A stretch of DNA of 64,000 nt from Octopus sinensis (GCF_006345805.1 NC_043023.1:17608001-17672000), one strand, 5' to 3'; positions 42,975-57,353 are shown, counted from the first letter of the stretch. Notes: generated by a model not told the origin, from the letters alone. A program made the numbers and translations.

Positions 42975-44359
42975 GTATGTGTATGTGTGTTTGTGTGCCC
43001 TTGTTTGTCCCCACAGCATCGCTTGATAACCGATGCTGGCGTGTTTACGACCGCGTTACTTAGCGTTTCCGCAAAATGAGAACGATTTAATAAGTAATAG
43101 GCTTACAAAAGATAACTACTGCGGTCAGTTTGCCTCTCCAAATGCGGTACTCCAGCATGGCAACAGACAAATGACTGAAACAAGTATATCAATAAAGACT
43201 TATATATATATATATGCATGTATGTGAAGCAAAATTGAGGGGCACAATTCTGTACGAATACCCCATATGTATTCGATACAGAGTATATATGCATGTTCCC
43301 AAAAACAGTTTGTGTGAGATTTGGCAGTTTAGGAGGGAGTAATGCCTGTCTTTCCTCTCAGCCAGGTTTCTCTAACTACTACCACATCCAAATTATGGGA
43401 CCTGAGTCATTGAGGAAAATCCCTTGTTTCCAATTCGACGTCAGGCTGTAAACTTTTAAACACCCTACGTTGAGTGTAAATATGAACAAAAAATTTGGTC
43501 TACCTTAGGTTAGAGATGGGCGTTAACCCCTAACGTTCAATTTATTTCGGAGATTGTGAAGTCTCTATGTGTGTGTGTGTGTGTCTGTGTGTGTGTGTTC
43601 ACGTTTATGTGTTTGCTTATCCTACGATCGCAGCCGAAAACGGTGTTGCTTTGTTTATGTCTCTATAAAGCAACGTTCAGCGATACAGGACGGAAGAATA
43701 AGGACAGTGTACAAATAAATAAACAGGTCCAGTTAACCCGTCAGAAACTCTTGAAGGCGGTGCTCCAGCATGGCCACAATCCAATGGATAAAAGAAATCC
43801 AAGGTAAAGAGCAAACTGTTAACAGATTCGATGTAAGGATGTTCTATAGAGCTTATTACTGCATAACTCCAGCCTCCCATGCCTTCCTCTCTCCCTCCCT
43901 ATCCCTCTCTCGCAAACACACCCACCCACACCCACCCACCCCCACACACGCAAACCCATACACAAACATACACAGGCAAAGAATTACAGGTACACACAGA
44001 ATAAAAGCACACACGCAGAAATATACTCTAATATTAACAGGCATATTTTAAGTCAATTAAATGACCTATAATTGTGAGTTACCTCCCTTAAAACTATTTC
44101 GTCAATTTTTTTTATGTGCCTTATACATGAAGTACTTTTTACGGCCTATCGTCTCCATTTTTTAAACATCGGAACGCAGCCATGCTGGAGCACTGCATTG
44201 ATGTGTTTAGTCAACCACACAGCGAGTAGTGCTTCTCTTTATTCAGATTGCTGCTTATTTGTTTGTTCTCTCTTCATATAACAGCTACGTTACATGGATG
44301 TAAACAAAAACAGTCGATGTCAAGTGGTGAATATTAGAAAAACAGTGTGTGTCTCTGTG

Positions 44360-44431
<72 letters not shown>

Positions 44432-44760
44432 GCGGATTTAGCTCGCCCCTCTCCCTTTTTTGTGAAAGACGTAGAAAAGATTGGAGATGATGATTCTGAA
44501 AAAATTTTTGTAAAATGCCATTTATTCAAAAGAAAAATAAATAAATCTCGCCTCCCGATTCTACGGTTTTTAACCAGACTATCTACATGCTAGAAATAAA
44601 AGCTATATCTCACGCAATCATTTTTGGCACATAATTACAGACTCTGTATCGAATGAATTGCATTTTACCCCCATGGGGCCACCGAGTCACTTCGTTACCA
44701 TCATCTATCTCTTGTAGTTCCTTCTTTTCATTTTCTCTTTCTTTCTCCTTCCGTTGTGTG

Positions 44761-44960
44761 GAAGTGCATGGCTCAGTGGTGATATCGTCAGTATCACAAT
44801 CGCGAGATAATGAGTTCGATTCATGGAACGGGCTATGTGTTGAAGTTCTTGAGCAAGACACTTTATTTCACGTTACTCCAGTTCACTCATCTGTTGAAAT
44901 GAGTTGTGACATCCCTGGGCCGAAGCTGTATCAGTCTTTGAATTGCCATTGGATAACATT
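44761..44960 (+). mobile_element. tRNA-derived SINE head (copies also at ~55021 and, partial, ~42400; inverted at ~62680-62865)
   Basis: A box tggctcagtgg, B box gagttcgattc, then a cttgagcaagacacttt CORE-like segment. Confidence 0.75.
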
Positions 44961-45279
44961 GTTGGCACGGAGAGGGTATTCTGTTATGCATGGGTGACTG
45001 CCGGCCATCCATAAACAAACTTGCCCGGATACGTACCTTGGTGGGGAACTTTCTAGGTGGAATCTCCTCGTCATTCTTTACCAAAGAGGATCAAAAATAT
45101 GCACTTCCCTACCTCATTCTCTTATCCACTAACTTGAAACTGACCCCCCCCCCGCAACGAATAGTCGGTAAGTATGATAAAAGCACTGAGCCCATGCTGT
45201 AAATTGGTTGATGTTTGGAAGGGCATCTAACCAGAAATAGCAGACCAAAGCAGACATTTATATATATAATGTATACATT

Positions 45280-45316
<37 letters not shown>

Positions 45317-45565
45317 TTGTATGTGTGTATGTGTGTGGATGTATGTTTGTGTGTCTGCCTTTGTCCCCACACCATCGCTTGACAACCGATGCTAGTGTGT
45401 TTACGACCCCGTAACCCAGCGGTTCGGCAAAATGAAAGCGATTGAATAAGTAATAGGCTTACAAAAAATATGTCCTGGGGTCGATCGATCTACCTGTCTA
45501 AAGGTGGTGCTCCAGAATGGTCAAAGTGAAATGACTGCAACAAGTAAAACAGTAAAGAGAAAAGA

Positions 45566-45648
<83 letters not shown>

Positions 45649-45964
45649 AGTGTCTGTGAAGCAAAATCGAGGGGCACACATGTGTAGAAATACCCATCGG
45701 CGTACGATACAGACTATATACGTATGTGCCCCAAAACAGTTTGTATGAAATTTCGCTGCTTTTTAAAGCACGTAGATATCTTGTTTGAATCCCTGTAGAA
45801 TCGGAAGAGGAGAGGGTTTATGTGGATGTGGTGGGGGGCGGATTTCAGTTTCACGAACAGTTACTTTTCAGAATCATAATGTCGGTTGTTTTAATCACAT
45901 AATTTGTCAAAAAAGTTACAAGAAAAAGTGAAAAATGAAGAGGTGGGTTACGTCTCTACCATGG

Positions 45965-47040
45965 GTTCCTCACCTCACCTCCAGGAGGATATTGAAGAGA
46001 TTTGCACATCTGAAGCCCGGGCTATCACAGTACCTTGTCCTACATCTTGAGGGCAAATTTGGAATCCTTGGCACTATAAAGTGGCGCCCAGTTCTTGTAC
46101 TTGTGTATCTCTGGATGCTAAAGCTTTGGACATGTCCTTCCAGGATCTTCCACATGTATATTATGGCATATCTTTCTCGCCTACGCTCTAAGGAATAGAG
46201 TCTTAATCTCTTGAATCTTTCTCAATAGGCTATATGCTGCATAGTGGCTATCTTTTTCGTGTAGCTTCGTTGGATTGCCTCAAGTTCTGCGATTAATTTG
46301 ACACTGGTTGGTGACCATAGCTGGGAGCAATTTTTAAAGTGGCTTAGAACAAGTGAACTCTAGAGGACCATCATTGGATCCTGGTCTCTTGTTCTAAACG
46401 TTCTTAGAATCCATCCGGTTAGCCGCCTACATTTCATTGCCAATTTAGCAACAAGCACATGAACGGTTGCATCATTACTGATGTAAATACCCAGGTCTTG
46501 CACTGATTGTGTCTCTGGGATTGCAATCCCTCTAAATCAAGTGTATTTATTGCATTTAGTTTTGCATGTTGATAGCATAAAGCTTGAAACTTTTCAGCAT
46601 TAAACAGCATGCTATTCTTTTCAGCCAACTTGTATATTTCATCCAGCTCACAATGCAGGTGCATAGTGTCTTCAGGGTTCTGTATTACCTGTGAAACTTT
46701 TGTATCATCTGCATAACTTGTGATCGTAGCCTTCTGTGTGGCTGAGGGCATTCTGAGAGGCCCATTATGAGCAGAAGTGTTCCCAAAACAGAGCCTTGCG
46801 GAAGACCGGTCCCTATTTGCGTATCATTGGAGTCGGCTACATTGGCTACTACCACCTGACTTCTATCCTTCAGAAAGTCATGAAGCCATTCTCACAATTT
46901 TCCAACTATGCCAAGATCACGCAGTTTGTGACGTATCGTTCCATGATCGACTTTATCAAAGGCCTTGGCAAAGTCTAGATATATCACTTCAACATCTGAG
47001 TGGTTGAGCAGCTGTTTCAGTACCCAGTCAGAGTGTTCTA
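45965..47040 (-). mobile_element. CR1/L2-type LINE RT fragment, family 1 copy 4
   Basis: ORFs 46434-46751 (YADDTKVSQVI) and 45970-46155. Confidence 0.85.
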
Positions 47041-47045
47041 AGAAC

Positions 47046-47099
<54 letters not shown>

Positions 47100-47292
47100 T
47101 ATATATATATATATTGCATGGGGACTGTCTTGGGTCCGCTACTCTACATATAAAAAGTCCATTACTTAGCGGTGCGGCAAAATGAGAGAGATTAAATAAA
47201 TAAAATGCTTACAAAAAAATGTCTGCTACGGCCTGTTTGCCTGTCCAAATGCGGTAAAGAACAAAACAGTAAAGAACAAAACAGTAAAGAAC

Positions 47293-47329
<37 letters not shown>

Positions 47330-47538
47330 TCGCCATGTTGATTCGTTAGCTACTGCACGCATTTTTTTTTCTCTTTCTTTCTGTGTTTTTCTCTCTCTGT
47401 GTATCTTTCTGTTGAAGAGCGTAGGCTCGAAACGTTAAAGACTTGTTTTATTTATATTTCCTGAGCGCCATACTAATACAATTGTTCGTTTGTTTTCCAC
47501 CTGCCTTCGTCTTTTGTTTATTTTCATAAAGCTTCCCG

Positions 47539-47576
<38 letters not shown>

Positions 47577-47578
<2 letters not shown>

Positions 47579-49253
47579 CCTTCACTGCCACTGACATCGT
47601 AACAGCAATAAATGAGGTCAAATACTACTCTGCTGTAGGCCCTGATAGATTCCCCGCTAGTCTCCTGAAGGAATGTAGACACCAACTTGCAGTCCCTCTG
47701 ACCAACCTCTGGAAAAATTCGTTAGACGCAGGTTATATACCGAAACAGTTTCTATCCTAGTCAGTCATCCCGGTTTTCAAACAGGGAAACAGATCCCTCC
47801 CACTCAACTATCGCCCAATCTCACTCACCTCCCACATCATTAAAGGGTTTGAAAGAGTGTTAAGATCAAGGATAGCTGCCTTCCTAGAGAGCCACAAACT
47901 CCTAAATGCAAATCAGCATGGCTTTCGCTGTGGCAGGGACTGTCTAACACAACTCTTACACCACATTGAAGATGTACTCAAAGGCTTGGGAACAGATTCG
48001 AACTCTGACGTCATATATCTTGACTTCAGTAAAGCATTCGACAGGGTAGACCATAATATCCTGCTCTCAAAATTGGCAAATGTTGGAATCCGTGGAAAAG
48101 TTCTACACTAGACTAAGTATTTCCTGGCGAATAGAACACAACATGTTGTAGTTGATGGAGTCCACTCAAGCCCAGGAAAAGTCACCAGCGGTGTCCCCCA
48201 CGGGACTGTCTTGGGCCCGGTACTCTTTATAATTTACATAAACGACCTTTCCAGTGTCGTACATTACTGCAAAGTGCAAATATTTGCTGATGACACTAAG
48301 CTCCAGCAAATCGTCAATGAAGAAGCAGACCGAACTCAACTCCAGTCTGATCTATATGCTGTGAGTCAATGGGCAGACAGAAACAAAATGCAACTGAATG
48401 AGCGAAAATTTGAGCTGATGCATTTTGGAAGAAACTCCTCACTAAAACAGCCATACTCTCTTCCTTCAGGGAAACCGCTCACAGCCTCTAACAATATCAG
48501 AAACCTGGGCGTAATTGTTGATGACGATCTCAGTTGGAGTGCACACATCAACAGGAAGGTCGATATAGCTCGTAGGATGAGTTCCTGGATCTTAAGAACT
48601 TTCCGGTCCAGAGAACAAGGTGTCATCATACCACTTTTCACCTCGTTTGTACGGCCACACCTCGAATACTGCTGCCCACTGTGGTATCCCCATACAAGAC
48701 AAAACATCTCGAGGATTGAGTCACCCCAGAGGGCACTCACTAAACGAATTGAAGGCATGGCTGCTCTCGATTATTGGGATCGCCTTAAAGCCTTGAAACT
48801 TTACTCTCTCCAGCGTCGCCGTGAGCGGTACATCATTTGTACGATGTGGAGAATATACCGCCAACTTTGCCCAAACGACCTAAACATTAGCTTCAAGGTT
48901 CATCCAAGAATGGGACCATGGGCCATACGTCCCCTGCCCAATTCAAGATCACAGCATACATGTACACTGCAACATAATTTCTTTTCCTCAACAGGCCCTG
49001 CCCTATTTAACATTGTACCGAAAGAGATCAAAAAGGAAAAGGATCCCATCAACTTTAAACGGAGTCTGGATAGATTCCTTCAAAGAATACCAGATAAGCC
49101 ACCCATAATTGGATACAACTCACCAAACAAGAACTCCCTACTTGAATGGACCATAAACAAAACTTGACTTAAACAGGATTCGAATAATCCTATCAGGTGG
49201 TGCTATTAAGTTAGACATGGCCTGGACCAATCTTCGGTCGAAACATATCTAAG
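47577..49253 (+). mobile_element. 5'-truncated CR1/L2-type LINE, family 2, well preserved, between (TA)n tracts
   Basis: NYRPISLTS, YLDFSKAFDRVDH, GVPHGTVLGPVLF, FADDTKL, LYSLQRRRERY; 318-aa ORF 48211-49167; in-frame stops at ~47758 and 48109; single copy in window. Confidence 0.92.
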
Positions 49254-50176
49254 TTTATATATATATATATATATATGTATATAATTATATTTATAATTAT
49301 ATACTGTTTGAAGCCCATAGAATCGGGAGGGGAGAGGGTTGATGCAGATTTTTTCATTTCATTTTGGAAAATTTCCAGAATCATGATCTCGTTTTTTTTT
49401 TATCACCTATTTTGCCCCAAAAACATTTTGGAAAGCGAAAAATGAAGAAAAGAGGGTGCAATTGGAATTTTGAATCGGTATCTCCATAACCGAAAAGATG
49501 GTTCTCCGTAAAAAATACAAAAACGTGTTAGGGGTGGGTTACGTCTCCACAATGTGTACCTCACCTTACCACCAAGGTGACCAGGAGAAAGGAATTTCTC
49601 GTAGAAGTTTAGGAGGGGAGAAATGCTTCAAATTGCACCCAGCCAGGTTTCTCTCACTACTACCACATCCAAGTTTTGCGACCTGAGGTCTTTGAGGAAA
49701 ATCCGTTGTTTCCAATTCGTCGCCTGGCTGCAAACATTTAAAGACCTTACGTTGAGTGTAAACATGAAGAAAATATTTGGTCTACCTTAGGTTAGAGATG
49801 GGCGTTAACCACTCACGTTTCATTTATTTAGGAGCTAGTGATGTCTCTATGTGTGTGTGTATGAGTCTTCATATTTAGGTGTGTCCTTATCCTACGATCG
49901 CAGCCTGACACGGTGTTGCTTTGTTTATGTCTCTATAAAGCAACGTTCAGCGATAAAGGACGGAAGAATTAGGACAGATTACAAATACATAAATAAATAG
50001 GTAAAGCTAAACCGACGGAGACGCTTCAAGGCGGTGCTCCAGCACGGCCACACTCCAATGAATGAAAGAAATCCAAGGTAAATAGCAAAGTACTAAAACC
50101 TTCGATGTAAGGATGTACTATAGAGCTTATTACTGCATTACTCCAGGTTTCCGAGAGAGAGAATAGTAATAGAATG

Positions 50177-50211
<35 letters not shown>

Positions 50212-50214
50212 TAT

Positions 50215-50650
50215 ACATTCTTACAATATACTGTGACTGGTTGCTGAAATGTGGAAGTGTTATATCTTGACTTTGCAAAGGCCGATAAAGGTTGATAAAG
50301 TTTTATCATGGAACGATACGTCACAAACTGCGTGATCTTGGCATAGTTGGAAAATTGTGAGAATGGCTTCATGACTATCAGAAGTATAGAAGTCAGGTGG
50401 TAGTAGCCAATGGGGCCACCTCCAATGATACGCAAATAGGGACCGGTGTCCCGCAAGGCTCTGTTTTGGGAACACTTCTGCTCATAATGGCCCTCTAGGA
50501 ATGCCCTCAGAACGCCACGATCACAAGTTATGCAGATGATACAAAAGTTTCACAGGTAATACAGAACCCTGAAGACACTATGCACCTGCAATGTGAGCTG
50601 GACAAAATATACAAGGGGGCTGAAAAGAATAGCATGCAGTTCATTAGTAA
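50215..50650 (+). mobile_element. CR1/L2-type RT fragment, family 1, inverted copy
   Basis: EVLYLDFAKA, YADDTKVSQVI; near-identical to 36478-36870. Confidence 0.8.
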
Positions 50651-50733
50651 AATTTGCTTTATAGAGACATAAACAAATCAACACCATGTCAGGCTGCAAT
50701 CGTAGGATAAGGACACACATAAACATGACACAC

Positions 50734-50809
<76 letters not shown>

Positions 50810-51539
50810 CTTCCAAGGTTTAAGTAATGCAAACGATAGGCCGTCAAAATTCATTTATATTTTAGGCAGATAAAATTAATCATAAAATAGTGTTAAGGGA
50901 GGTAACTCTCAAATATAAGTCATAATTGACGTAAAATATCCCTGTTTAAGTTAGTGTATATTTTTTTGCGTGTGTGCTTTATTGTTCGGTGTGTTCAAAC
51001 GCTTCTATCCTTGAATCTGTTTGTATATGCGGGTTTATGTGTGTGTATGTGTATATGTATGTGTGTGTGTGTGGAGGGGGGTGTGTTTGCGAGAGAGGGA
51101 GAGGGAGGGAGAGAGGAAAGCATGGGAGGTTGGAGTAATGCAGTAATAAGCTCTATAGAACATCCTTACATCGAATCTTTTAACAGTTTGCTCTTTACTC
51201 AGGATTTCCTTCATTCATTGGATTGTGGCCATGCTGGAGCACCGCCTTCAAGAGTTTCTGACGGGTTAACTGGACCTATTTATTTATTTATTTGTAATTT
51301 CTACTTATTCTTCCGTCTTGTAATGTTTAAGTTGCTTTATATAGACATAAACAAAGCAACACCGTGTCAGGCTGCAATCGTAGGATAAGGACACTCATAA
51401 ACATGAACACACATACACCTAGAGACTTCACAAGCTCCTAAATAAATAGAACTGTATGTTTTAACGCCCATCTCCAACCTAAGTTTTTTATTCATGTTTA
51501 CACTCGATGTAGAATGTTTAAATGTTTACATCCTGTCAT

Positions 51540-52194
51540 CGAATTGGAAATAAGAGATTTTCCTCAATGACCTCGTTCACTTAATTTGGATGTGTTAGTA
51601 GTTAAAGAAATCTGGCTGAGTGGACTGACAAGCAATCCCCCCCCCCTAAACTGTACGAGAAATTTATTTCTCCTGGTCACCCAGAATGTGAAGAGGGGCG
51701 GTCGTAGTTCTGCTCAAGAAAAACTGGATTTAGCATCAAGAGTAATCTTTATTTATTCGGGGGTGGGAGTAGCCTGGTCGTCTTTGATGTAACCCTCATC
51801 ATTGACAAGTCTTTCAGGCTGGGGGCTGTTTATGAACTCCGACGCCCGGACAGTTAGACAATTTTCTAGGCTAGAGAATTTTCTAGGAACGTCACACTCC
51901 TTAGTGGATTGCGTTTGCTCGAATACGGATAGGAGAAACACCTACCTCTTCGATCTGCTTAAGCGTTTTTTGCTGGCAAATCTGTATATACTGGAACACC
52001 CAGACGCTCCGCTGTGGACATGGATGAATAGCGATGGGTCTTCTAGATCTTATATGGACAGGCTATTTCTTAGATGTATAGATAAAGATGTATTTGTGGG
52101 TGCACAATTTCACTACGTCAACTACAGTGATCAGAAGCCTGTGACCAGAAAGTTTGAACTCGATAGGTTACATAGGCAAGGTCCCGGCTTCTAG
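51540..52194 (+). mobile_element. Tx1/L1-type endonuclease fragment (copy 2)
   Basis: ORF 51802-52194 nearly identical to 38066-38359. Confidence 0.75.
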
Positions 52195-52874
52195 AAGCTC
52201 CTTGGTTACCTTGGATTTCTTTCATTCATTGGATTGTGTCCATGCTGGGGCTCCGCCTTGAAGAATTTTCGTCGCTTTAACTGGACCTATATATTTATTT
52301 ATTTACTTGTAATCTGTTCTTATGCTTCCGACCTGTAACGCTAAACGTTGCTTTATAGTGACATAAACAAAGTAACAACGTGTCAGGTTGCGATCAGAGG
52401 ACAAGCATACACACAAAATATCTCAGGGACACATGCACACACACACATACACACACATACATACACGCACCCTTAATACATATACGCAATCAGATATGAA
52501 TGCACTTGCAAATATTCATCCATGCCTGCGTATATTCATACATACATTTATACATATATACATGCACACACATATATACATATATACATACATACATGCA
52601 TGCTTGCATACATACATACATACATACATACACGCATACATATACATATATGCATGCAAACATACCTACATACATGCATACATACAGTCGCACATGCATG
52701 CATACATCCATGCATACATACATACATGCATGCATACATACATACATACATACATATATACATACATATATGCAATCACATATATATATACATACAGACA
52801 CATATATATATATACATATATATATATATAAATACATACATACATATATACGTAGATATACATACATGCATCGT

Positions 52875-54234
52875 TTTATGACTACGAAGATGACTCATGA
52901 GTCCAGCTTTACTGAGGCAGGGTCTTGCACAGACATCGCATGTCAGAATCAAATGAACACCCTTCCCTTCTGGAAGTGTACCAGCGATGCCCTTCCTGAC
53001 ATCCCTCCTTACTTTCTCATGTGCAACTCGAGATATCTCAAATGTGGCTGTCCCCTCATGCACAATCCTTCTCCACCTGCTACGATCAATAGCTATGCCT
53101 TCCTATGTGTCAGGAGAGATGCAAGCATCTCTTAAGGAAGCCTTCAGCAAATCCTTATACCTCTTTTTTGGTTTATGTGGAGGTCGTTCTCCTTTAGCTA
53201 ACTCTCCATAAAAGAGTTGTTTTGGCATCCTTGAATCCTTCATTCTGACCAGATGACCACTCCATATGAGCCTTTGCTTTAACACAAGAGCTTCTATACT
53301 TTCACACCGAGAGCCTTCGAGTATTTCAAGATCACCGATGCCGTCCTTCCACTTATTGCCATAGATCCGTCTGAGGCACATCTGATGGAATCGTTCCAGT
53401 TGTTTAAGGTGGTATCCATATTTGACCCACGTCTTGCAGGCAGAGAGAAGAGAAGGCAGCCCACATGCCTTGTACACCCTTATCTTTGTCCTTCTGCATA
53501 TGTATCGCGGACTCCAGGGGTGTTTTTCTAGCCTTGCGAAAGCAACAGTTGCTTTCCTAATTCTATATGGAATTTCATCATCCACATTGCCATATCTATT
53601 AATAGTGCTTCCCATGTAGACAAAGTGATCGCCTACATCAAGTCGTTTACCATTCCCATAGATATTTGGTACACTACACTGCTTACTAGGGGCAGGTTGA
53701 TGCATGACAACAGTTTTCTTGAGATTGACTGTCAATCCTAAGGCAGTGCAAGCATCAGAGAATGCATTCAAAATGTGTTGCATATCAATCTCAGTGTGTG
53801 CTACCAGCTCACAATCATCAGCATACAAAATGTATTTTATGATAGAGGTAAATATATTTGTTTTTGCAGCAAGGCGCCTAATACTAAACATGCTGCCAGA
53901 GTTTCGATAATGGACGTAAACACCGTATCTGCAGTTTCTGAATGCAATACAGAACACCATCGCGAAATATATGGAAAATAGGGTCAATGCCAGAATATTC
54001 CCCAGTTTCACTCCATTTTGTATTGAAATGGGCTCCGACATCTTCCCTCTAACATTCACCCTACCATTCATATCTTCATGAAAAGACCTAACCAAAGCAA
54101 GGAACTTTTCAGGACACCCAAGTTTCAGTAAGACTTTCCACAATGCTTTTCTATTGACGGTATCAAAGGCTTTTATCAGATCGACAAAAATCTGATACAA
54201 ATCCAGACCCTGTTCCACACACTTTTCCTGAAGC
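52875..54234 (-). mobile_element. Duplicated 3' part of the RTE LINE (RT from the FVDL.KAFD region to the end), frame open
   Basis: Matches 39110-40470 including the flanking microsatellite; YADD intact; fused to module A at ~54235. Confidence 0.9.
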
Positions 54235-54562
54235 GGGTGTGATTTGGCTGCTTTTTCTAGCATGTGGATATCCTGCTTGAAGCCCGTAGAATCGGGAGGG
54301 GAGGGGGTTGAAGAAGATTGAGATGGCAACCTCAATAGTCGGGTAGTATGATAAATGCACCGAGCCCATGCTGTGAATTGGTTGATGTTAGGAAAGGCAT
54401 CTAACCAGAAATAGGAGACCAAAGCAGACATTTGAGGGCAGTGCAGTCCTTGGATCCTGTCCAGTCCATGCAAGAAAGGAACATGTATGTTAGATGATGA
54501 TGACAATGAGGATGATGTTATTTACCCTGTTGATGATGACAATCAAGGCTATATATGTATAA

Positions 54563-54657
<95 letters not shown>

Positions 54658-55837
54658 TGTATGTATGTATGTATGTATAGGCGTATATGGCGCAGATTTA
54701 ACTCACCCTTCCCACTTTTTTTGTGAAATACGTAGAAACGTTTGGAGATAATGATTCTAAAAAAAGTCATTGTTTGTAAAATGACTTTCTCAAAAAAAAA
54801 AAAACCCTCGCCCCCAGATTCTACGGTTTTCAACCAGGCTATCCACATGCTAGAAATAAAAGCCATATCTCACGCAATCTTTTTTGGCACATAATTACAG
54901 ACTCTGTATAGAATGATTTGCATTTTACCTCATGGGGTCATCTTGTCACTTCGTTACCATCATCTATCTCTTGTAGTTCCTTCTTTTCATTTTCTCTTTC
55001 TTTCTCCTTCCGTTGTGTGGAAGTGCATGGCTCAGTGGTGATATCGTCAGTATCACAATCGCGAGATAATGAGTTCGATTCATGGAACGGGCTGTGTGTT
55101 GAAGTAATTGAGCAAGACACTTTATTTCACGTTACTCTAGTTCACTCAGCTGTTGAAATGAGTTGTGACATCCCTGGGCCGAAGCTGTATCAGTCTTTGA
55201 CTTGCCATTGGATAACTTTGTTGGAATGGAGAGGGTATTCCGTTATGCATGTGTGACCGCCGGACATCCATAAACAAATTTGCCCGGATATGTACCTTGT
55301 TCGGGAACCTTCTAGGTGTCATCTCTTGGTCATTCATAACCAAAGAGGATCTACAAAAACATGCACTACCCTACCTCTTAAATCATTCCCTTATCCACGA
55401 GCATGAAACTGACCCCACCCCTCCAACAGGATTTTCAGTTATGCGACCTACATGGCAACCTGAATTGTCGGGGAGTATGATAAAAAGCACCGAGCCCATG
55501 CTGCAAAATGGTTGATGTTTGGAAGGGCATCTAACCAGAAATAGCAGACCAAAGCAGACATTTATATATATAATATATATATTTATATATGTGTGTGTGT
55601 GTGTGTGTGTATGCATGTTTGTGTGTCTGCCTTTGTCCCCACACCATCGCTTGACAACCGATGCTAGTGTGTTTACGACCCCGTAATCCAGCGGTTCGGC
55701 AAAATGAAAGCGATTGAATAAGTAATAGGCTTACAAAAAATATGTCCTGGGGTCGATCGATCTACCTGTCTAAAGGTGGTGCTCCAGAATGGTCAAAGTG
55801 AAATGACTGCAACAATTAAAACAGTAAATAGAAAAGA

Positions 55838-55876
<39 letters not shown>

Positions 55877-56194
55877 AGTGTGTGTGAAGCAAAATCGAGG
55901 GGCACACATGTGTAGCAATACCCCATAGGCATTCGATACAGACTATATACGTATGTGCCCCAAAACAGTTTGTATGAAATTTTGCTGCTTTTTTAAGCAC
56001 GTAGATATCTTGTTTGAATCCTTGTAGAATCGGAAAGGGGGAGGGTTTATGTGGATGTGGTGGGGGGCGGATTTCAGTTTCACGATCAGTTACTTTTCAG
56101 AATCATAATGTCGGTTGTTTTAATCACATAATTTGTCAAAAAAGTTACAAGAAAAAGTGAAAAATGAAGAGGTGGGTTACGTCTCTACCATGGG

Positions 56195-57255
56195 TTCCTC
56201 ACCTCACCTCCAGGAAGATTTTGAAGAGATTTGCACATCTGAAGCCCGGGCTATCACAGTACCTTGTCCTACATCTTGATGGCAAATTTGGAATCCTTGG
56301 CACTATAAAGTGGCGCCCAGCTCTAGTACTTGTGTATCTCTGGATGCTAAAGCTTTGGACAAGTCCTTCCAGGATCTTCCACATGTATATTATGGTATAT
56401 TTTTCTCGCCTACGCTCTAAGGAATAGTGTCTTAATCTCTTGAATCTTTCTCAATAGGCTATATGCTGCATAGTGGCTATCTTTTTCGTGTAGCTTCGTT
56501 GGATTGCTCAAGTTCTGTGATTAATTTGACATTGGTTGGTGATCATAGCTGGGAGCAATTTTCAAAGTGGCTTAGAACAAGTGAACTCTAGAGGACCATC
56601 ATTGGATCCTGGTCTCTTGTTCTAAACGTTCTCAGAACCCATCCGGTCAGCCGCCTACATTTCATTGCCAGTTTAGCAACAAGCATATGAACGGTTGCAT
56701 TATTACTGATGTAAATACCCAGGTCTTGCACTGATTGTGTCTCTGGGATTGCAATCCCTCCAAATCCAGTGTATTTATTGCATTTAGTTTTGCATGGTGA
56801 TAGCATAAAGCTTGAAACCTTTCAGCGTTAAACAGCATGCTATTCTTTTCAGCCAACTTGTATATTTTGTCTAGCTCACGATGCAGGTGCATAGTGTCTT
56901 CAGGGTTCTGTATTACCTGTGAAACTTTTGTATCATCTGCATAACTTGTGATCGTAGCCTTCTGTGTGGCTGAGGTTATTCTGAGAGGGCCATTATGAGC
57001 AGAAGTGTTCCCAAAACAGAGCCTTGCGGAAGACCGGTCCCTATTTGCGTATCATTGGAGTCGGCTACATTGGCTACTACCACCTGACTTCTATCCTTCA
57101 GAAAGTCATGAAGCCATTCTCACAATTTTCCAACTATGCCAAAATCACGCAGTTTGTGACGTATCGTTCCATGATCGACTTGGGAAAGTCGAGATGTATC
57201 ACTTCAACGTCTGAGTGGTTGAGCATCTTTTTCAGTACCCAGTCAGAGTGTTCTA
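56195..57255 (-). mobile_element. CR1/L2-type LINE RT fragment, family 1 copy 6
   Basis: Duplicate of 45965-47040 at an offset of ~10.2 kb. Confidence 0.85.
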
Positions 57256-57258
57256 AGA

Positions 57259-57349
<91 letters not shown>

Positions 57350-57353
<4 letters not shown>

